From an uncultured virus (IMG/VR IMGVR_UViG_3300015360_000026) (taxonomy: Duplodnaviria; Heunggongvirae; Uroviricota; Caudoviricetes): a DNA stretch of 64,000 nucleotides. Below the pieces are notes generated by a model. It worked only from the letters and a program-made list of their open reading frames with translations, did no database searches and was not told the origin of the DNA. Below, piece by piece: positions 57,993 through 64,000 of this stretch. How positions within the stretch are numbered: position 1 is the first letter of the stretch; the number at the start of each line of letters is the position of its first letter. The stretch lies in IMG/VR virus record IMGVR_UViG_3300015360_000026; one strand, given 5' to 3'. A program made the translations under genes and the position numbers.

Positions 57993-58008
57993 TAGAAACC
58001 AGAATCTA
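57993..58008. promoter_or_regulatory. 16-bp quasi-palindrome, copy 7
   Basis: TAGAAACCAGAATCTA, abutting the RBS of 57590-57982. Confidence 0.6.
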
Positions 58009-58109
58009 ACTCAGAACTCGCCCAGCAGGATCTTGCGACGGACGACCGGGTCGAGCGGCAGGAGTGCCAGACCGAACCCGGTGTCGATGATCTCGTAGTC
58101 CGCACCCCT

Positions 58110-58535
58110 TCAGTAGGGTGTGAACGTCGGCGTCGCGTCCGCCGTCGCGGACGGCTTGGCGACCAGCATGCCGGTCAGTGCATCATAAGCCTGGCCGATG
58201 ATTGCCGGAAGGGCACGCTCGATGGCAGGCCCGATGAACGTGTTGAAGATGAACGGGTGGCCGATCGCCGTCGCCAGGTAGCTCTGGATCGACTGCTTGT
58301 AAAACGCCATCGTTGCGTCGATGACGATTTGCCTTCGGTCCTCGGGCGACGCACCGACAACCTGCCCAGCCAAGTTGGTAACGGAACCGATGAACTTCGT
58401 CAGGATGCCGACCCAGTCGACAGCCGGAAGGACCGTCCCCGGTTCCGTCACGAACATGGGCACGGTGGAACCGTAGTGAATCAGAGCCTTGTCGATCTCG
58501 GGTTGCAACTGCGTGTACAGCGGGGTCACCATCAT
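58110..58535 (-). CDS. Hypothetical protein
   Basis: Start at ATG 58535 (RBS AGGAG); amphipathic helices. Confidence 0.6.
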   Translation of the reverse strand: MMVTPLYTQLQPEIDKALIHYGSTVPMFVTEPGTVLPAVDWVGILTKFIGSVTNLAGQVVGASPEDRRQIVIDATMAFYKQSIQSYLATAIGHPFIFNTFIGPAIERALPAIIGQAYDALTGMLVAKPSATADATPTFTPY

Positions 58536-58543
58536 GGGATCTC

Positions 58544-59683
58544 CTAGTGAAACAGTTTCGGCACAACTGACCCGATGAGGCCGAGAGCGGCGACACCCTT
58601 GCCGATTTGGCTGAAGGTGTAGGGCGTGCCGACCACCTGGTTTAGCACCGCTCCGACCCAAGCCCCAGTAAGGTAATCTTTCCCCGCGTTCATTGCTAGT
58701 TGACCTAGCTGCCCGCCCGTGACGTGTCCGGGACTGCTCCGCTCGTCAGGCAGTTGCTGGGCCGCGTACATGGCCCCCATCGTCGTCGCGGCGAGGTCCG
58801 GTGACGCCCCCGACTCCCACAGCGTCTGACCGAGGGCGTTGATGTTGACGTCGTACGGCGTGCGGTGCCGATGGTCGCCGCCGCCGAACATGTCCCCGAA
58901 CGCCCGCTTTACAAACGAGTCGCAAGCACCCTTGTAAGCATCGCCCACCTGTGGGGCGAGCAGGTGCTTGTTCGAGAACTCTTGGCTGTACTCTTCGGTC
59001 TGTGGGCGGCTGGTGCCGGCGAGTCGGCTTTCCAGGAGACTCGGCCGATCGAACTTAGGCGAGTCCGACAGCTGCTCGATCGGTGGGGTATCCAGCGGGT
59101 GCGGGTCGAGGAGGGAGTGGCCGGTCGCATGATTGGCGTACGCCCAGGCAGCACCGGGAGCCGCACCCGCCAGAGCACCGAGAATGGCTCCCGTCCGCTT
59201 CAATTTCTTGCCGTACTTGTGCGGCATTAACGCTTCAGCCAGAGAGCCAACACCATAACCAAGACCACCGCCCACCAATCCGGTCGTAAGCATCGCAGCC
59301 AAAGGACTCGGGGCGTTAGGGATTCCACCGGGGTAGGTTCCTGGGAAGAAGTTGAGGAGTTCACCGGCCCGCCGCAGCGTCTCGCTGTAGGCGACCTTGA
59401 CCCAATCGCCACCCGTGGCCTCATCCCGAGTCAGGTAAGTCTCCCGCACGTGATCGGCACCGACCGCCCGCTCGGCGGCACGCTTACACCGCAGGGCATC
59501 AGGCCGATGGAAGTCGATAGACGTACGCGGGAACAGGGCGACCTGATCGCGGTCCGGGCTATAGAAGTAATCGACGGGGTACTTGGTGAAGATCGACGCT
59601 GCCGCCTGCTTCACGTCCCAGCACGGTGCCGCCGTCTTCACGACCCAGGCATCCAGGCGGGGGATCACGTCTTCCCAATCCAT
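58544..59683 (-). CDS. Putative internal virion protein with glycine-zipper helices
   Basis: KTAA, KQAA and KRA motifs; GLVGGGLGYGVG, GAILGALAGAA. Confidence 0.65.
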   Translation of the reverse strand: MDWEDVIPRLDAWVVKTAAPCWDVKQAAASIFTKYPVDYFYSPDRDQVALFPRTSIDFHRPDALRCKRAAERAVGADHVRETYLTRDEATGGDWVKVAYSETLRRAGELLNFFPGTYPGGIPNAPSPLAAMLTTGLVGGGLGYGVGSLAEALMPHKYGKKLKRTGAILGALAGAAPGAAWAYANHATGHSLLDPHPLDTPPIEQLSDSPKFDRPSLLESRLAGTSRPQTEEYSQEFSNKHLLAPQVGDAYKGACDSFVKRAFGDMFGGGDHRHRTPYDVNINALGQTLWESGASPDLAATTMGAMYAAQQLPDERSSPGHVTGGQLGQLAMNAGKDYLTGAWVGAVLNQVVGTPYTFSQIGKGVAALGLIGSVVPKLFH

Positions 59684-59701
59684 GGGCAGGGCTCCAATGC
59701 G

Positions 59702-59730
59702 AAGAGGTCGGGGTTGACCCCCGACCTCTT
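59702..59730. terminator. Stem-loop after ribonucleotide reductase gene
   Basis: 12-bp stem AAGAGGTCGGGG/CCCCGACCTCTT. Confidence 0.55.
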
Positions 59731-59766
59731 ATCATACTCGGTTTCCGTCTGCGGGCTCAACCGGTA

Positions 59767-62094
59767 CTACAGCTCACACTTGTCCCCGCTGCACGCATAC
59801 GTCCGAGAACCCGTGGTGGTGTCGACCTCCTCGTACCGTGGCAGCTTCGCCCAGTCGATGACCGGGAACTTCGCAGCCAGCTCGTTGTACTGCTCCTCGG
59901 TGACCACCTCGTTGGGAGCCGCCTTGTAGCTGCCGTTGTCCCACGGCAGGAAGGAGATGCCCGTAATCTCGTCGAAGTGCTCCCACACCCACGTGCCAAC
60001 CGCAGGCCACTCATGGTCCTTGACGTAGATCGTCACCGAGCAAGAGTGATCCGCCCAGTGCCGTTTCCACAGCAACCAGTTCTCCAGCTGCTGCATGGCC
60101 GTCACGTCTTCGCGGAGGGTGCAGCCCTCGGGGTTCTTCTTGATCCACGAGAACGCGACCAGGGACGGGTCTTCGGGGGCCACCTCCCACGGCACGCCCG
60201 ACTCCTTGAGGAACTTGCACATCGGGGTGTGCATCGACTCGCGGGTCCGACGGATCTGGTGGCGACCGAACCGTGGCGACAGACCCGAGCCGCAGTCGAA
60301 GAACACGGCCGAGTCGCCGCTGGGCTTCACGGTGGTGTCGGCTGCCGACCGGTTGATGCCGAACCGTTTGGCCAGCATCTCGTTCGTCTCGGTCACGATC
60401 TGCTTGAGGGCCGTCAGCAGTTCCTCGCGACCGGGAGCACCCGGCTGGAGCAGCGGACAGTCCGCGTGGCCGGTGATGTCGACGCCGAGCAGCCGCTCCT
60501 CGTCGCAGTTCTTCTTCCAGTCCTTGCGGATGTACTGGAAGTTGGTGCAGCACGACTGGAGGGTGCCGAAGTAGGTCGCCGCCCGCACCTTCTCCATCAG
60601 CGTTTCCTTCGTGTCCTCCCGGCGGGCAACGGCGATCGAGAGGTTGCAGAACTGGAACGGCCGGAGCACGATTTCCGCACACGGGTTGCATCCGAACTTC
60701 CAGTTCTTGCGGCGGGCCGGGCGGTGTTTGCGGCACGCCTCGCGGTTGAAGATGCCCCGCTCCCCGGACTTCGACTTCACGAGGGCCAGCCACTCGTCCA
60801 TGAAGTCCTCGACCGGGGGCTTCTCGTTGTACGCGGCCGAGTTGTTGGCCATCGACAGGAAATCCCGATCACGCCACCACTCGCCATGCTTGGCGTGCCG
60901 CATGTTGCGGCTGTTCAGGTCGGAGATGGAGATGCAGGACGCACGCCGTACGCCGCCCACCTGGACGATCTTGCCGATCATGCAGCAGATGCAGTGGACA
61001 TCGTAATCCGACAGGCGGCGACCCTGAGCCGCCAAGATGACGCCACGCACGAACGTCAGGAGCTGGACGAGGGGTTCCGGACCTGACGACCGCCCACCCT
61101 TGGTAATCAGGCGTGTGCCCGCCTTCCGCACGTCGTTCGTGTCGAACTCCACGTCCTCGCCCGAGAACCACTTTGTGATCCCGAACAGCAAGGCGTCGCA
61201 CCACCCCTCGGTGGAATCCTTGACCTTGTACTTGTACTTCTTGGCGTGCTTGCCCTTCCCCTGCCGCTTGACGCGGGGGAGATCGTCAACGTAGTCGGTC
61301 TCGACCGAGAAGCCGCCGCCGGTGCCCTGCATGAGGATGTAGAGCAACTCGGCAAACGAGAAGAGATCCTTGATCGGGTGGTAGGCACAGTTGTAGGCAC
61401 CGACGTGGCACCGTTCGAGGGCAGGACCGGCCATCTGCACGACACGCATCGCGGGGCTGGACTTCAGCTCGAACATCATCTTGCGGAGCCAGACGACCTC
61501 CTCGGACTTGAGGTGGCCGAACTGCGGGATGGTGCCGAACCAGTCGAAGACGCGGTTGTTGCACTCTTGCCACGTCTCGCGGCGGTTGTCCTTCTCACGC
61601 CACCGGGAGAACTTGGAAAGGAACTGGTAATACTGGAGCGGGCTGGGGAAGTGCTGGGCGTCTTCGGTGATCGCCTCAGTAACGTGGGCCGGGATCGGCC
61701 GTTCCTCGCGAGTCTTACGACGCTCCTCGCGGTACAGCGTGTATTGCTCGGCAGCTTCGGCCAAGCCGTCCGCCCACAACTGAGTAATGACGGCCCGCTG
61801 CACCTCTTCGATCGTCATCGCCGACACGCTCTGGGCGGCGAAGTAATTCACGACTCTGACGGTGACGGCCTCGACCGTGTCGTGCGAGTCGTCAGGCGTG
61901 ACGTTGAGTCCGTTTTGAAAGCAGCGGGTGACGGCGTGGCGAATCTTGGTACAGTCGAACGGCTCGGTGCGGCCGTCGCGTTTGGTGACCTTCCAGTCCT
62001 GGGACAAAACTTCCGGGGTGAGCGTCTTGCCGTTAGCGTCCTGACGGCTCTGGTAATTACGACGCGACGACGCACTTGCAACGCCATGACTCAT
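59767..62094 (-). CDS. nrdJ: Class II (adenosylcobalamin-dependent) ribonucleotide reductase with N-terminal ATP-cone
   Basis: VTKRDGRTEPFD ATP-cone; AYNCAY, GTGGGFSV, GGVRRAS, NPCAEI..FQFCNL, TVKPSG, C-terminal CSGDKC; start at ATG 62094 (RBS GGAGG). Confidence 0.88.
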   Translation of the reverse strand: MSHGVASASSRRNYQSRQDANGKTLTPEVLSQDWKVTKRDGRTEPFDCTKIRHAVTRCFQNGLNVTPDDSHDTVEAVTVRVVNYFAAQSVSAMTIEEVQRAVITQLWADGLAEAAEQYTLYREERRKTREERPIPAHVTEAITEDAQHFPSPLQYYQFLSKFSRWREKDNRRETWQECNNRVFDWFGTIPQFGHLKSEEVVWLRKMMFELKSSPAMRVVQMAGPALERCHVGAYNCAYHPIKDLFSFAELLYILMQGTGGGFSVETDYVDDLPRVKRQGKGKHAKKYKYKVKDSTEGWCDALLFGITKWFSGEDVEFDTNDVRKAGTRLITKGGRSSGPEPLVQLLTFVRGVILAAQGRRLSDYDVHCICCMIGKIVQVGGVRRASCISISDLNSRNMRHAKHGEWWRDRDFLSMANNSAAYNEKPPVEDFMDEWLALVKSKSGERGIFNREACRKHRPARRKNWKFGCNPCAEIVLRPFQFCNLSIAVARREDTKETLMEKVRAATYFGTLQSCCTNFQYIRKDWKKNCDEERLLGVDITGHADCPLLQPGAPGREELLTALKQIVTETNEMLAKRFGINRSAADTTVKPSGDSAVFFDCGSGLSPRFGRHQIRRTRESMHTPMCKFLKESGVPWEVAPEDPSLVAFSWIKKNPEGCTLREDVTAMQQLENWLLWKRHWADHSCSVTIYVKDHEWPAVGTWVWEHFDEITGISFLPWDNGSYKAAPNEVVTEEQYNELAAKFPVIDWAKLPRYEEVDTTTGSRTYACSGDKCEL

Positions 62095-62193
62095 GGCATC
62101 TTCCTCCGACAAATTGGGGATGGGAACAAAACACCAGTGCCGACCTGTCCCGCGATTCCTTCCGGACAGACCTACCGCACCCGCATCCTCGAC

Positions 62194-62646
62194 CTACTTC
62201 AGCCAGACCGTACCCCGCACGGGGTCGACGGCGTATGACGCAGGTTCGTCGGGTGGCGGCAGGTTGAACACACGCAACAGAACGTGGTTCCCGGCGAACG
62301 ACCCTTGGATCAAGACCTCGGGACCGTCCATATCACCATTGTAGAGAGTGGGTGCAGACCAACCCACTTTCTCGACCACCGACATCGCCGACAAAATGCG
62401 GGTCACATCGAGGCAAAAGCCGGACACGCAGCGGTGCCCGTCGTTGGCCCCGCCCCGCCATTCGTTGGGCGTGGGGAACACGGAAACCATCCAACCAGGA
62501 AACGAGTTATGAGGGTTGGTCGGCTCCCACAGACGATACCCCAAGGGGCCGATAAAGCCCAGAGGGGTCATGGCTGAGAGGACGGTCTCGACCAGGGCGT
62601 CCACCCACTTGGGGGGCTCGCAGGTGTGGATCTCGAACACACTCAC
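62194..62646 (-). CDS. Hypothetical protein
   Basis: 150 aa globular ORF, GTG start. Confidence 0.6.
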   Translation of the reverse strand: MSVFEIHTCEPPKWVDALVETVLSAMTPLGFIGPLGYRLWEPTNPHNSFPGWMVSVFPTPNEWRGGANDGHRCVSGFCLDVTRILSAMSVVEKVGWSAPTLYNGDMDGPEVLIQGSFAGNHVLLRVFNLPPPDEPASYAVDPVRGTVWLK

Positions 62647-62659
62647 GGCGTACTCACGG

Positions 62660-64000
62660 TTACTCGGAGCTTCCCTGCCCCTGGACTTTTTGTTTCTTGT
62701 GCCTACGGGCCGTACTCAAAATCGACGGACCGAACTCACCAAGTCGGACACCGTTGAACGCCCGGTTGTCCCAGTACACATCGGCCATGACCTTGCCGCT
62801 GGAACCAGGAGGCTGGTCGGGGTTCTCGTTGATGTGGTCAAAGGGGATGCCATGCTCCTCCATCCACGTCTCGATCAACTTCGGGTTGTTGCGAACCGTG
62901 AAGATGATAATCCGAACGCCCGCTTCGTGTAAGAGCTTCATCCACTTCTTCGCCCCGCGACGGGGCAGACCGATGAAGTCCGGGTCATGCGGCTGCTTCT
63001 CCTCGGCCAGCGTCCCGTCGAGGTCAACGGCCACCGAGAACCGGCGTTCCTTGTAGTCGGCAGCCGTCTTGTCGGCGTAGTGGTTGATGACCTTGACGGA
63101 CGGATCAGACCGCCACCGGGGAAGGTACGCCTTGTAGATCTGAGTGCCGACCTTGGCCTTGGCCACCCGCTGCTTCCGCCACTCAAGCTCGTCGAGGCCC
63201 ATGGCCTTCGGGTTGTACTTGCTACTCGACCGGTCGCGGGTCAATCGCTGCTCGACGAGGCGATCAAGCGGCGTGTCGATGAGGTGCCGCTCGTGGGCCT
63301 TGAGCAACTCAGGATCACCGTGCATGAGCTGCACGCCCTCAATGATCGACGGCACCTTGGCCTTCCGGATCGCATCCTCAACGAGCTTGCGGTTGTTCAG
63401 GCGACGCATGGCGTTCTTCTCTTCGGGGTCGAGGTGAGACACCTCCATGCCCTTCCACTGCTTCCACAACGGGTGGGCGTCGAGTGATACATGAGGCATC
63501 TTGTTTTCGCCCGACAACTTCTTGGCGTATGTCGTCTTGCCTGCCCCCGAGAAACCTGTGACGAGGATGTGCTTCAAAGCTGGCGGCAGCCCCTTCAGGT
63601 GCTTGAGCACCTCCATACGCTTCGCGTTCGCTGCCACCAGCGTCGGACTCAGGCCGTCCTGCTTCGACATGGCCATGGCTTCGTCAATGTCGTAAAGTCC
63701 CACGCCCTTGCGGGACACCGGCTCAACCAGCTTGTTACCGTGGGGCTCGCCCAGATCGCCGACGAAGTAGTGCGTCCGGGAACCCCGGTAGGTCTTGGCC
63801 CGCTCGGCCTGCTTTTTTCCGCTGTAGGGCGGCGACCAGTCCAACTCGTGCGGGTCGAATGGAAGAGGTCGGGGGTTGTGGACGTGGTATCCGCTTTCTT
63901 CCGCGAACTCGCGGACCGCAGCCGTCGCCGGGTCTTCACCAGGGTCGATGCCGCCACCGAACGTCAGGAAGTTGCCAGCGTCAGCGAGACCCCCGAAGAT
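62660..64000 (-). CDS. Partial multidomain protein: Nudix hydrolase + P-loop kinase + HAD phosphatase
   Basis: Frame is open from window end: GGGIDPGEDPATAAVREFAEESG (Nudix box), ILVTGFSGAGKTT (Walker A), VAVDLDGTL...GKVMADVYWDNRA (HAD). Confidence 0.8.
   Translation of the reverse strand: MFGGLADAGNFLTFGGGIDPGEDPATAAVREFAEESGYHVHNPRPLPFDPHELDWSPPYSGKKQAERAKTYRGSRTHYFVGDLGEPHGNKLVEPVSRKGVGLYDIDEAMAMSKQDGLSPTLVAANAKRMEVLKHLKGLPPALKHILVTGFSGAGKTTYAKKLSGENKMPHVSLDAHPLWKQWKGMEVSHLDPEEKNAMRRLNNRKLVEDAIRKAKVPSIIEGVQLMHGDPELLKAHERHLIDTPLDRLVEQRLTRDRSSSKYNPKAMGLDELEWRKQRVAKAKVGTQIYKAYLPRWRSDPSVKVINHYADKTAADYKERRFSVAVDLDGTLAEEKQPHDPDFIGLPRRGAKKWMKLLHEAGVRIIIFTVRNNPKLIETWMEEHGIPFDHINENPDQPPGSSGKVMADVYWDNRAFNGVRLGEFGPSILSTARRHKKQKVQGQGSSE

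Noticed and set aside
1682..58008. CRISPR array or insertion-sequence ends for the 16-bp repeat
   Set aside because: Copies are kilobases apart with no spacers, cas genes or transposase.
1..64000. Genome-wide stop codon reassignment
   Set aside because: Genes are full length under code 11 and TAA, TAG and TGA all end genes with normal overlaps; only one local readthrough candidate (58110).

Overview
A GC-rich, gene-dense segment of a large myovirus-type (jumbo-like) phage genome. Every credible gene is on the minus strand. Read in transcription order (64000->1) it carries: a partial Nudix/P-loop kinase/HAD multidomain gene; a class II ribonucleotide reductase with an ATP-cone; several putative virion proteins; a phage-encoded multisubunit RNA polymerase; a head module (prohead protease, scaffold-like proteins, decoration-like protein, major capsid protein); neck genes; tail sheath and tube; a spike-like gene; a tail chaperone pair; tape measure; baseplate genes; and a sigma-70-like factor. 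An inserted cassette holds a matrixin protease, two secreted CxxCH proteins and a Gln/Val-rich secreted protein. Headline finding: the RNAP beta gene ends in an N-intein, and the gene holding the beta C-terminus plus the catalytic beta' NADFDGD half begins with a C-intein. This is a naturally split intein predicted to trans-splice a ~1480 aa beta-beta' fusion, with a small non-endonuclease gene between the halves. Also notable: a 16-bp quasi-palindrome (TAGAAACYRGMWTCTA) in 7 copies about every 9-10 kb, pervasive K-x-A motifs in head proteins, and a probable -1 frameshift in the tail chaperone. Product calls come from motif recognition and gene order only; no searches were run. No tRNA, rRNA or CRISPR array was seen.
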